64,000 bases of DNA, taken from assembly GCA_016432325.1 (NCBI GenBank), contig CP066684.1, positions 704,001 through 768,000 of the forward strand. Reading direction: 5' to 3'. Numbering within the stretch: the first letter of the stretch is position 1; each line of letters opens with the position of its first letter. The notes beneath the pieces are model-generated. The model ran no database searches. It was not told where the DNA came from and saw only the letters and a program-made list of their open reading frames with translations. The DNA comes from Candidatus Aenigmatarchaeota archaeon (GTDB lineage Archaea > Aenigmatarchaeota > Aenigmatarchaeia > PWEA01 > JACQIF01). Below are positions 20,120-29,392 of this stretch, in pieces. The translations under genes and the position numbers were made by a program.

Positions 20120-20730
20120 TTCTTGCGAAGCTCGCGCAGTTTTAAAACCACATAACAGATTGCCGCGAGAACGAGCGCTATCAGAACAACATTCTCATAC
20201 GGCGCCAGCATCGTTCCTACGTCGTGCCAGCGTTCGCCGAGCTTGACTCCGACCCACAACAGGAGACCGTTCCAGATCGCCGCGCCTGCAGCTGTCGCAA
20301 CAACGAACGGCACGAAAGGCATGCGCGCAGTTCCTGCCGGTATAGAAATCACGTGGCGCACCGCGGGTATGAAGCGCGCGGCGAATATCGCAACAAAGCC
20401 GCGCCTTTTCGCGAAACGTTCTGTCCATTCCAGCTCGCGCCGCGAAATCAAAAACCACCTGCCGTACTTTAAAAGGAATGGCCTGCCTGCGCGGACTCCA
20501 ACATAATAGCTCAACGCGCTGCCGACTATACTGCCCAGAGTCGCGACTGCCAAGGCTGTCATAAAGTCGAACGTTCCCGAGAATACCACGAAGCCCGCGA
20601 AAGGCATAACGGCTTCGCTGGGGACAGGGACGGCCGTGCTCTCCAGAACCATCATTAAGAAGAGCCCCTGATAGCCCATCGTCGAGAGTATCGAAACAAC
20701 TGTCGCGGACAGAACGCTTAGGATGCCCAT
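20116..20730 (-). CDS. DedA family membrane protein
   Basis: ES..VPVPSE.VMPFAG, RFIPAVRH.ISIPAG. Confidence 0.92.
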   Translation of the reverse strand: MGILSVLSATVVSILSTMGYQGLFLMMVLESTAVPVPSEAVMPFAGFVVFSGTFDFMTALAVATLGSIVGSALSYYVGVRAGRPFLLKYGRWFLISRRELEWTERFAKRRGFVAIFAARFIPAVRHVISIPAGTARMPFVPFVVATAAGAAIWNGLLLWVGVKLGERWHDVGTMLAPYENVVLIALVLAAICYVVLKLRELRKN

Positions 20731-20781
20731 GGCCTCCGTGCGGCAAAAGCGTATATATCCTATTCGGTTCCTACCCGTCTC

Positions 20782-22074
20782 ATGGACTTCATGTCTGTGA
20801 GAGAGGCCATGGAACAGGAAGGCGGAACGGCCGCGCTGCGCGGCTGGTGCTCTACCGTGCGCACGCAGAAGACCACGGTTTTCATAATCCTGCGCGACGG
20901 AACCGGCCACATACAGGTCACGTTCAAAGAAAGCGACACGGACGCCAAGACGTTCAAGGCCGCGTCAGAACTTACGACCGAATCATCCGTAACGCTTACA
21001 GGCACGGTCGCAAAGGACGCACGCGCGCCCGGCGGCTTCGAGGTCAAGGGGCGCACGCTTGACGTTGTGCAACTGGCCGAACCATATCCCATCGCCCGCG
21101 ACAAGTCCCCGGAGTTCCTCATGGATCAGCGGCATTTGTGGATTCGTTCGCCGCAGATGACTGCGATACTGCGCGTGCGCTCGACGGTCTTCGGAGCCAT
21201 ACACGAATACTTCCGCTCGCAGAATTATTTTGAATTCCAGTCTCCTACGTTAACGAAGGCCGCTTGCGAGGGAGGTCCGACACTCTTCAAGGTCGACTAC
21301 TTCGGAGACGAAGTTTTCTTAACGCAGTCGTGGCAGCTCTATGCGGAAGCAGGGATTCACGCTCTTGAGAAGATTTACTGCATTGCTCCTTCGTTCCGCG
21401 CGGAGAAGTCGCGCACGACGCGCCATCTCACAGAGTACTGGCACGCGGAGTGCGAGGCAGCGTGGATGGACTTGGACGGACTGGCGCGCGTGGCGGAAGG
21501 ATTGATTTCGCACATCTGCGCACGCGTCGCGGAGAAGAACCCTGAAGACTTGCGCACTCTCGGACGCGACCCCAACGATTTGCTCAAGATAACGCCTCCG
21601 TTCCCACGCATCACGTACACCGAAGCGCTTGACATGCTGGCGAAGAAAGACGGCATCAAAATCAAGTGGGGCAAAGACCTCCGTACGGAAGAAGAGCGCG
21701 CGATTGCGCAGCATTTCGAACGTCCTGTCATAGTGACGCGCTATCCCAAGGAGATAATGGCCTTCTACAAGCCCGCGGATCCAAAGGATCCCAAGGTCGC
21801 TCTATGTTTCGACGTGCTCTGCCCTGAGCTCGGAACAGAAATAATCGGCGGCTCGCAGAGGGACGCGGACGTGAAGGCCATGATAAAGGCGTTGAAGAAA
21901 GAAGGCGCTGACCCGAAGTTCTATGACTGGTATTTTGCGACGCGACGTTACGGCGGCGTGCCTCACTCGGGCTTCGGCATGGGAGTGGAGCGCGTCATCC
22001 AGTGGATATGCAAGCTGGAGCACATCCGCGACACGATACCGTTCCCGAGAATGATGAATCGGTATTATCCTTGA
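20782..22074 (+). CDS. asnS: asparagine--tRNA ligase
   Basis: OB fold, EGG.TLF, LTQSWQLY, FRAEKSRTTRHLTEY, Y.WY...RRYG.VPHSGFGMGVER. Confidence 0.93.
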   Translation: MDFMSVREAMEQEGGTAALRGWCSTVRTQKTTVFIILRDGTGHIQVTFKESDTDAKTFKAASELTTESSVTLTGTVAKDARAPGGFEVKGRTLDVVQLAEPYPIARDKSPEFLMDQRHLWIRSPQMTAILRVRSTVFGAIHEYFRSQNYFEFQSPTLTKAACEGGPTLFKVDYFGDEVFLTQSWQLYAEAGIHALEKIYCIAPSFRAEKSRTTRHLTEYWHAECEAAWMDLDGLARVAEGLISHICARVAEKNPEDLRTLGRDPNDLLKITPPFPRITYTEALDMLAKKDGIKIKWGKDLRTEEERAIAQHFERPVIVTRYPKEIMAFYKPADPKDPKVALCFDVLCPELGTEIIGGSQRDADVKAMIKALKKEGADPKFYDWYFATRRYGGVPHSGFGMGVERVIQWICKLEHIRDTIPFPRMMNRYYP

Positions 22075-22690
22075 GGCTCATGACAATCCCTTCGACTTCT
22101 TTCATTACGTCTTCCGTCTTCGCGCGCTGTTGTAGCTCGTAAATCCCATTCAACACGCCTTCCACGACGAGTTGTTCTAGTGTAGCGCCTCCTCGACGCA
22201 TCCTCTTTGCGTGTTCCGCATAGCCCATTGCGAAACTGACGTCCAACAGTATGTCATAAAGGCTGTTTTTACCATCATTGAAACCGTTTACGTGCCGCGT
22301 CCATTTTATCCGTGCACAACACCGCAACCAACAAGACATTCTTTCGTTGTATGTTATGCATGCGCCTGTCGCCGCCTTTGCCACACGCGATATCTTATCC
22401 GGAACTGTTTTATCGCCCAATACAATATGATTTTCTGATAGGATATTTTCAATCGCATAGTCCCTCAACATCACGGCCTTCTGAAAGTTGTGCGGTGTCA
22501 GGAACATCACGTCCACCCATTTCCCCGTCTGAGCCTCGATTTTCCTTAGCACGTGGTGTGCTCCCTCCAGGGAGCCTACGTACACCACGTCAACATCTCC
22601 GGCATCCGCGCCCTTCCGCAGGTACGAGCCGTATATTATCACAAACTCGCCTTGCGGCACTTCCAAATCCAGTTCCCGAATCGCTAACAT
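21995..22690 (-). CDS. Pol-beta superfamily (MNT-like) nucleotidyltransferase with helical C-terminus
   Basis: IIYGSYLR....GDVDVV motif; 3' end overlaps asnS. Confidence 0.7.
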   Translation of the reverse strand: MLAIRELDLEVPQGEFVIIYGSYLRKGADAGDVDVVYVGSLEGAHHVLRKIEAQTGKWVDVMFLTPHNFQKAVMLRDYAIENILSENHIVLGDKTVPDKISRVAKAATGACITYNERMSCWLRCCARIKWTRHVNGFNDGKNSLYDILLDVSFAMGYAEHAKRMRRGGATLEQLVVEGVLNGIYELQQRAKTEDVMKEVEGIVMSLKDNTDSSFSGTVSCRGCAPACISTG

Positions 22691-22740
22691 TCTCTCGCCT
22701 CTTATTGGTGCGCAGGGTCTGCAGCCCCGGCGCGTTCGTT

Positions 22741-22920
22741 TTATCCTAGCCTGAATCCGTCCCTGTACGGGACGAGTTTCCCCGAGGGACTTACGTGCGA
22801 AATGTCCACGTGCGGATACGGGTGGCCTCTCGACGAATGGATGTCGCTTATGACGGCCACGCTGCCGAACTCATTTAGGTATCCAAGTCGCATTTCCCTC
22901 ATCGATGTCGGTACACTCAT
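22741..22920 (-). CDS. microprotein, 59 aa
   Basis: MSVPTSMREMRLGY...; GAGGTGA SD. Confidence 0.55.
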   Translation of the reverse strand: MSVPTSMREMRLGYLNEFGSVAVISDIHSSRGHPYPHVDISHVSPSGKLVPYRDGFRLG

Positions 22921-22951
22921 GTCTTCACCTCTTTGTTTTTTGTTCGTCGTT

Positions 22952-23095
22952 TCATCTCAGTCCACGCAACGCGTAGCTCTGTTCCAACGCGCTCATGTAC
23001 AGCCCGGGTGGCTGCATCAGGTCGCTGGGCAGCGTGCCGCCGTACGGTATCGCGCTGTAGTGGCCCGGTCCGATCACTGGTCCTTGTCCGCTCAT
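22952..23095 (-). CDS. microprotein, 47 aa, Gly/Pro-rich
   Basis: MSGQGPVIGPGHYSAIPYGG...; GGAGGTGA SD. Confidence 0.55.
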   Translation of the reverse strand: MSGQGPVIGPGHYSAIPYGGTLPSDLMQPPGLYMSALEQSYALRGLR

Positions 23096-23132
23096 CGTTT
23101 TCACCTCCGTTGAACTTTTGTCGCGATGACAC

Positions 23133-23243
23133 TCATCGTCCCTTGTACTGTTTCATGCCGGCCTGACAGTTGGGACAGCACGGGTCAAACCCCGGCGGTC
23201 CGGGACAGTACTCGGCCGACAATCTACTTGCGTACGTTTCCAT
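23133..23243 (-). CDS. microprotein, 36 aa, Cys-rich
   Basis: METYASRLSAEYCPGPPGFDPCCPNCQ...; GGAG SD right after the previous stop. Confidence 0.5.
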   Translation of the reverse strand: METYASRLSAEYCPGPPGFDPCCPNCQAGMKQYKGR

Positions 23244-23248
23244 CACTC

Positions 23249-23437
23249 CTACCGCCCTCCGACGAGTTTCGCGTGCCCTTCGTACGCCGGGTTTCCGGCC
23301 AGCACGTCTCCCATTCTCTGTATGTACGCCCTGTCCGTCGACCAGTCCCAGCTCTGCGCCCACTTCTTTCTCTTCGCCGGCGCGCCTGGAATGAAGTACG
23401 ACGGGCTTTCTTCATCCGTTCCCAATTCGTTCACCAT
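23249..23437 (-). CDS. microprotein, 62 aa
   Basis: MVNELGTDEESPSYFIPG...; GGAGGTG SD. Confidence 0.55.
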   Translation of the reverse strand: MVNELGTDEESPSYFIPGAPAKRKKWAQSWDWSTDRAYIQRMGDVLAGNPAYEGHAKLVGGR

Positions 23438-23643
23438 TTCCAAACACCTCCTTTGTTTTTTTGTCGCGTTCTTTGGTCCTGCGTTGTCCGCAGGGTTGGA
23501 ACCCAATTGATTAGCGCCACCATAAAAAACAGTCGTGTTACAGCTAACTGAAAGGATAAATAGTTGTACGGTTAACTAATTATAACGAAAAACGTTAACC
23601 CAAACGGGAGCGCTATATAAGGTTAATCTGTGGTGTATGAAGA

Positions 23644-24426
23644 ATGGACAAGGAGATAACACAGATTGTGTTTTTGGGTAATCCATACCATATGGAGAGG
23701 ATAAGATACCTTCTAAGAAAACGCATTCCGCAAAAGGTCTACTTCATAGAGGCCGAGGAGAACAATCACAGGGAGGAAGCCAAGGAGATGGCAGAAAAGA
23801 TGCGCTCCGAGCTTGAGGGGAATCTGCCGCGATGGGTGGTGGAAAAATCGGAGTTCACCGCTGTACCATTTTTTGACTTCACATCCGCTTTCATGAAACT
23901 AATCTCTATCATGCACAACGAGATTAGGCAAGACAGAGACGTTCTTGTCAACGCCCACGGCGGCAGCGTGATAGTCACTACAGCAGCCCTCTTGGCAGCT
24001 AACGCTACCGGAGCAAAGGTATGCTGGGTTGAGCCCGAGAGCTGGGGGTTTGTAGAAATGGGAGGCCACGTTTCACATATGGCCAAAGGAGCCAAGGGCA
24101 TCAAGGAGGTGGCGATTCCAATAAGCCTTGGAGTACCTGAGGGAGTGGACGCCAGCGTCCTCGGACATATCTACAGCAGAGGAGGAACCGTTAAGGGCAG
24201 ACTGTCCGCCATAACGGAGGACGTGGGCCTAGACAAGCTCGGCGCGAACGTGAAGAAGTCCAGCTCGGGCGTCGTGAAGCTCTCGAAGACCCTCGGCCGC
24301 CTCCGTGCGAAAGGCCTCATAGAGACGCGCAAGCTTGGCAGGAAATCCTTCGAAATCAAGCTCACCAAAGACAAGGGAGAGGTCGTGGGGAAGGTAGTGA
24401 GTCTGGTGTTAGAGAAAAGCATTTGA
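23644..24426 (+). CDS. DUF6293/CARF-like plus winged-HTH transcriptional regulator
   Basis: Rossmann-like N-domain with VN..GGS motif; C-terminal wHTH (L..L...GLIET.K.GR). Confidence 0.65.
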   Translation: MDKEITQIVFLGNPYHMERIRYLLRKRIPQKVYFIEAEENNHREEAKEMAEKMRSELEGNLPRWVVEKSEFTAVPFFDFTSAFMKLISIMHNEIRQDRDVLVNAHGGSVIVTTAALLAANATGAKVCWVEPESWGFVEMGGHVSHMAKGAKGIKEVAIPISLGVPEGVDASVLGHIYSRGGTVKGRLSAITEDVGLDKLGANVKKSSSGVVKLSKTLGRLRAKGLIETRKLGRKSFEIKLTKDKGEVVGKVVSLVLEKSI

Positions 24427-24430
24427 AGCT

Positions 24431-25843
24431 ATGCGCCTCAACGTTACCGTGTCTTATCAGGAACATTTAAAGAAGCTAAGGGAGCATCTGAGCAAAGAGA
24501 ATATCCCCTTCGCCGACCAATTAGACGCCGTCTATGCCGAGATGGCAGAAATCGATAAAAAACTGCAGATGTCTTACCCGCGGCCCGACGCCCTCATCCT
24601 TTGCGGAGGCAACGGAACCAGATTTGCGGAAGGCAAGAAACCAAAGGTCCTCGCCGAGGTCAATGGAAGAATCCCATTGGAGTATACAATCGACACGCTC
24701 GCAAAACTCAACTTCGACAAAGCCTTCATATCCGTTGGAGGCCCTCACGGAGACTCCATTAATGCCCACCTGAAAGAGATGGAGGCAAAACCAATCGGGC
24801 TGCTTGGACTAACGTCGAGGCCAACAATCATCGAATCCGTAGATTACGGCAGACTCATGTCACACCTACACCACATATCGAAGGCCAACGGGAAGCTGAT
24901 TGAAAACGGGTGCGAGCCGCTCAATCCAAACCTATTTGACAACGAACTAGACACGATTGTCGGGGTTGCGGCAGTTGCGTACACCGCCGCGACTCAACCG
25001 CCCCTTACAGTCGTGCTCGGCGATTCTATCTACCAAGAAGATGCCATATCATGGGCGTCAGGGTACTATACAATCGAGGCAAACATGGGCTTGACGGAGA
25101 TGATGCCTGGCACACGGGGAATATCGCCACGATTTCCATACATAAAGCCGCTCGTCCATGTTATGGAGAATTCAACAGAGGCGTATAAGGCGCCAGTCCC
25201 CAAGATTCATAAATTATTCTCCGTTCGCAAAGGCCCCCTTTCCTTTGATATCGGGCGTGCCGTTGGGTTCACCGAACACAGGACAAAACGAGTTGCCATA
25301 TCGGTTGTAAGCCCATTGCCCTTCGACTACAGGATTATCTTCAGAGATAACGACGATCCAGCTGGACGCTCTCTCCCCCTCACCGAGGACGGGTCCCGAA
25401 TAGACATGGAGAAGATCGCGTTACCGGGGATTTCTTACGGAGGATTCCTTTCGCACCTGAAAGAGGTCCAGTCCATATTCCCGCCGCTGGAAACAGGAAG
25501 TCGCCAGAAGCCTGCGCGCCTGCCACCATCGGACGCTACGCTCGAGCTTGCCGAGGCTACCTCGTCGCTGCTTGTGATGAGAACAAACTTCAAGTACTTC
25601 GACATCGACGACGAGGAGACGCTTGCCGCGGCCAACGACGTTGACATAAAGGAATTTATCGCCAACGATCCACTAAGCATCCTGGAGAAGTCGACGCCCG
25701 GATACAGAAAACAGTTTCTGGAAAAGCTTAACGAGGCCAGACACCGCCACCAACATACGTTCCGTGCTACAACTGGGGGACTCGGGAACTTTAAAGACCT
25801 CTATCAGTATGCGCTACGTGCATTTCGTAGACACACCGGATAG
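24431..25843 (+). CDS. divergent NTP-transferase (sugar-phosphate nucleotidyltransferase-like) protein
   Basis: LILCGGNGTRF...KPKVL..VNG, C-terminal FDIDD. Confidence 0.6.
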   Translation: MRLNVTVSYQEHLKKLREHLSKENIPFADQLDAVYAEMAEIDKKLQMSYPRPDALILCGGNGTRFAEGKKPKVLAEVNGRIPLEYTIDTLAKLNFDKAFISVGGPHGDSINAHLKEMEAKPIGLLGLTSRPTIIESVDYGRLMSHLHHISKANGKLIENGCEPLNPNLFDNELDTIVGVAAVAYTAATQPPLTVVLGDSIYQEDAISWASGYYTIEANMGLTEMMPGTRGISPRFPYIKPLVHVMENSTEAYKAPVPKIHKLFSVRKGPLSFDIGRAVGFTEHRTKRVAISVVSPLPFDYRIIFRDNDDPAGRSLPLTEDGSRIDMEKIALPGISYGGFLSHLKEVQSIFPPLETGSRQKPARLPPSDATLELAEATSSLLVMRTNFKYFDIDDEETLAAANDVDIKEFIANDPLSILEKSTPGYRKQFLEKLNEARHRHQHTFRATTGGLGNFKDLYQYALRAFRRHTG

Positions 25844-26026
25844 AATAAGTCGCAAGCAAAACGGCCCGTCTAACCCTTAAATACCTTCTCCTTCCAATAC
25901 TCGTCATGCGCGCAACACACGTACGAGAAAGTTCTGCATCCAGCCGCGCGAATAATACAGCCGTCTAGGGCCCATTTCTTCCCCAGACCACAGGCTTTAC
26001 GTCAGTGTCAACTCTATTAACCCAAT

Positions 26027-26135
26027 GCTCCGGTAGTTCAATTGGCAGAATGCTACGCTGTTAAACACTCCGCTCAAAGGGGCGGGTGCAAGCGGAGACG
26101 TAGAGACGGAGGTTCGAGTCCTCCCTGGAGCGCCA
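26027..26135 (+). tRNA. tRNA-Asn(GTT) with 34-nt intron at 37/38 (26064-26097)
   Basis: GCTCCGG/CTGGAGC acceptor stem, CTACG-CTGTTA^A-CGTAG, BHB motif, encoded CCA. Confidence 0.93.
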
Positions 26136-26146
26136 TTGTGATAACC

Positions 26147-26404
26147 ATGGACATCGAAGAAGCGAAGAAGACCGCGAGGATAGCGAGGCTCGCGCTGAGC
26201 GAAGCCGAGCTCAGGAAGCTCGCCAAAGACGCGGATGAGATACTTGAGTGGGCCGAGCAGCTTGAGAGCGTGAAGAGCGAAACGGAAAAACGCGAGAGCG
26301 GCGCATTACGAGACGATCTGCCACAACACTTCGAGCCGCAAACGATAACTAAAAACTTCCCGCAGAAGAGCGGGTCGCATCTGAAGGTGCCGCGCTCGTT
26401 ATGA
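26147..26404 (+). CDS. gatC: Asp/Glu-tRNA amidotransferase subunit C
   Basis: ARIARL.LSE.E, LRDD, ..KVPR; precedes gatA. Confidence 0.88.
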   Translation: MDIEEAKKTARIARLALSEAELRKLAKDADEILEWAEQLESVKSETEKRESGALRDDLPQHFEPQTITKNFPQKSGSHLKVPRSL

Positions 26405-27699
26405 TGGGCTCCAAGGAGATTCTCGGCCTGAGCACATCCGACGCGACAGAACGTTTTCACAAGCAGCTCACGCTCATAGAGAAGCAGAACAAGACATACA
26501 ACGCGTTCGTTACGGTCACAGACAAATATGCGAACGCCGGATATCCGTCGCTCGCAGTCAAGGACAACATACTCGTGGAAGGCATACGCTGCACATCCTC
26601 GTCGCGCGTTCTCGAAAACTACGTCGCGCCCTATTCGGCGGACGCGCTTCATAACGTCACGACGCACCTGCGCGTCATCGGCAAAACGGTGCACGATCCG
26701 TTCGGGGCTGGAGGTTCCGGCACGACATCCGATTTCGGCGCCACGAAAAACCCGTTTGACACGACGCGCGTTCCTGGTGGCTCTTCTGGAGGAAACGGAG
26801 TCGCGCTCGCTCTAGAGCAGTGCGACTTCGCGATAGGCAGCGACACTTTCGGCTCGGTACGTGCGCCTGCGGCGTTTTGCGGCGTCGTCGGCCTGCGTCC
26901 GACGTACGGACTCGTTTCGCGCCACGGCTTGATGGACCTCGCGATGTCTCTTGATACTATAGCGCCGATGGCCCGCGACGTTTACGGAGTCGCGTATCTT
27001 CTGGAAAGAATGGCGAACAAGCGATACGAACTGGATAAATTCTCGGCGAGGGGACTGAAGATTGTCGTACCGACAGAACTGCTGGATGGTTCGGCGAAGG
27101 AAGTCAGAGACGCGGTTGAAAAGGCCATAGCGACGCTCACGGACGCGGGAGCGAAACGCGTTGACGTTCGCGCGCCTAACCTGCGCTACGCTGTTCCGTC
27201 TTACTACATCACGATGTTTGCTGAGTTCTCGTCGGCGATGCAGCGGTTTGACGGCCTGAAATACGGGCCGCGCGCGGACGGCGAGACGCCGGAAGAAGCG
27301 GTTTCAAAGACACGCGGTTCGTACTTGAGCGAGGAGCTTAAACGGCGCATCTTCCTTGGCACGTATGCGACGCGCAAGGAGCACGCGAACAAGTGGTACG
27401 CCGCGGCTCTGCGAGGGCGCACGCTTGTCGCGAAAGAGATGCAGGGCCTGCTGAAGAAAGGCGACTTCATCGTGACGCCGACGATGCCTGTCCTGCCGTG
27501 GAAAATAGGAGAGCTCACGACGCCGCTTCAAAATTATCTGATGGACGTAATGACAGGCCCGCCTTCTCTGGCAGGTATGCCTGCGCTTAGCGTTCCGTGC
27601 GGCCGTACTGTCGGCCTGCAGATAATCGGGAACCGGTTCAAGGACGCGGAGGTATTGCAGCTCGGTCACGCATACGAGCGACTGAGGGATTCAAAATGA
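26401..27699 (+). CDS. gatA: Asp/Glu-tRNA amidotransferase subunit A
   Basis: AVKDNI, PGGSSGG, GSDT.GSVRAPA amidase signature, RFDGLKYG. Confidence 0.93.
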   Translation: MMGSKEILGLSTSDATERFHKQLTLIEKQNKTYNAFVTVTDKYANAGYPSLAVKDNILVEGIRCTSSSRVLENYVAPYSADALHNVTTHLRVIGKTVHDPFGAGGSGTTSDFGATKNPFDTTRVPGGSSGGNGVALALEQCDFAIGSDTFGSVRAPAAFCGVVGLRPTYGLVSRHGLMDLAMSLDTIAPMARDVYGVAYLLERMANKRYELDKFSARGLKIVVPTELLDGSAKEVRDAVEKAIATLTDAGAKRVDVRAPNLRYAVPSYYITMFAEFSSAMQRFDGLKYGPRADGETPEEAVSKTRGSYLSEELKRRIFLGTYATRKEHANKWYAAALRGRTLVAKEMQGLLKKGDFIVTPTMPVLPWKIGELTTPLQNYLMDVMTGPPSLAGMPALSVPCGRTVGLQIIGNRFKDAEVLQLGHAYERLRDSK

Positions 27700-28997
27700 A
27701 GGTCGGCCTGGAGATTCACGTCTATCCGCGCACGAGTGCCAAGATGTTCTGTATGTGTTTCGTGCGCGCTGAAGACGCCAATACGTCCGTATGCCCGCGG
27801 TGCACGGGCCAGCCGGGAGCGAAACCGATGGCCCCGAACAGAACGGCAGTGGAGAAAGCCGTTGTTCTTGCCAAGGCGCTTGGTTGCAAGTTGGAAGTGC
27901 GCGCGACTGTTCTGCGCAAGCACTACTTCTATCCGGATCTGCCGTCGAACTACCAGAGAACGTCGACGCCCATCGGCCGCGAAGGTTCGTTCCTGGGCGT
28001 GCGCATACGTGAAGTGCACGTTGAGGAGGACGCCGCGCGTTACGAACCGCGGGACGGGACCGTGGACTACAACCGAGCGGGCGTACCCTTGATAGAAGTA
28101 GTTACAGAACCGGACATCAACAGCACAGACGCGGCAAAGAACTTCGTCGACGAGTTCTCGCGCCTGCTGCACTATCTCAAGATTGCGGATCCCTCGTCCG
28201 CGATAAAGGCCGATACGAACGTGTCTGTCGGCGACACGCGCGTGGAGGTCAAGAACATCAACACAACGCATGGAATCCTGGCCGCGATTGAACACGAGGC
28301 CAAAAGACAGACCGAGCTTCTCGAGCGCGGAGGCACGCTCGTGCAAGAGACGCGCCACTGGGATGAAACGAAAGGCCGCACACTCGCGTCGCGGGAAAAG
28401 GAAACGGAATCAGACTACAGATATATGGAAGACCCGGACCTGCAGCCGATTGACATTTCGTCCGTACGCGTCGCAACGCCGGAGGACACGTTCGCCGCGC
28501 GCAAACGTTTGGAACGTGCGGGCGTGGCGCGCGACGCGGCTGTCGCCGTAACAGAGGAACAGGAGTTCGTGGCGCTGTTCGACTCGTTGTCCAAGAGGTT
28601 CGAGCCACAGCGCGTCGCCGAGTGGATAAGACGCGACCTGCGCGGCGAGCTCAACCACCGCACGCTGACGCTGGAACAGAGCGGCGTGAAAACGAAAGAC
28701 GTCGAAAGGCTCATGGACGACGCGTTGTCCGAGAAGATTACGCGGCACAAGGCGAAACAGCTGTTGCGTGAGCTTCTGGACAAGAAGGAGAGCAAGCACA
28801 CAACGAAAGCATCGAAGGAGGACGTCGAGAAGGCCGTCGAGGCGACACTGCTGGCACACCAAGATGTCGTACAGAGGTACCGCGAAGGCAAGAAAGAGGC
28901 CTTCAACTTCCTGCTCGGCGAAACCAATCGCGCGCTCGGCTTCGCCGCGGACCCGAAGGAGATCGCGAAGGTTCTGAAAGAGAAGCTTAATATGTGA
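27696..28997 (+). CDS. gatB: Asp/Glu-tRNA amidotransferase subunit B
   Basis: VGLEIH, RKHYFYPDLP, DYNRAGVPLIEVVTEPD, RVEVKNIN, KE..DYRY. Confidence 0.95.
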   Translation: MKVGLEIHVYPRTSAKMFCMCFVRAEDANTSVCPRCTGQPGAKPMAPNRTAVEKAVVLAKALGCKLEVRATVLRKHYFYPDLPSNYQRTSTPIGREGSFLGVRIREVHVEEDAARYEPRDGTVDYNRAGVPLIEVVTEPDINSTDAAKNFVDEFSRLLHYLKIADPSSAIKADTNVSVGDTRVEVKNINTTHGILAAIEHEAKRQTELLERGGTLVQETRHWDETKGRTLASREKETESDYRYMEDPDLQPIDISSVRVATPEDTFAARKRLERAGVARDAAVAVTEEQEFVALFDSLSKRFEPQRVAEWIRRDLRGELNHRTLTLEQSGVKTKDVERLMDDALSEKITRHKAKQLLRELLDKKESKHTTKASKEDVEKAVEATLLAHQDVVQRYREGKKEAFNFLLGETNRALGFAADPKEIAKVLKEKLNM

Positions 28998-29022
28998 GCG
29001 CGCTCCAGTAAGGCAGGGAACT

Positions 29023-29391
29023 ATTAAGATCTTCATCGTCGACATAGACGGCACCATCTGCGAGCACGTTTCGAACGAGGCCGGCGCACAAAAGATGCTC
29101 GACGCCGCGCCGTTTCCTGAATCTATCGCTTCGGTGAACAGGTGGTACGACGAAGGTCACATCATATGCTTCTTCACGGCACGTACGGACGAGCACGCAT
29201 CCGCGACAGAGGCGTGGCTCAAGAAACACGGAGTGAAGTACCACAAGGTAATCTATAACAAGCCGCGCAAGATTGCTCCGTACACCGAGTACCACTTCAT
29301 AGACGACACGCCTGTGCGCGCGACGCGCTTCACGGGTAAGATGGGAGCGTTCGTCAGAAAAGCGAAGGAGATAGAAGTCTTCGAGGAGTAG
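29023..29391 (+). CDS. small HAD-superfamily phosphatase, probable ATT start
   Basis: KIFIVDIDGTICE lies in frame upstream of the first ATG; FTAR, WLKKHG, KP, IDD. Confidence 0.8.
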   Translation: MKIFIVDIDGTICEHVSNEAGAQKMLDAAPFPESIASVNRWYDEGHIICFFTARTDEHASATEAWLKKHGVKYHKVIYNKPRKIAPYTEYHFIDDTPVRATRFTGKMGAFVRKAKEIEVFEE

Positions 29392-29392
29392 G

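Noticed and set aside
25844-26026. Possible ncRNA in the gap before tRNA-Asn
   Set aside because: No recognisable structure or motif beyond TATA-like sequences.
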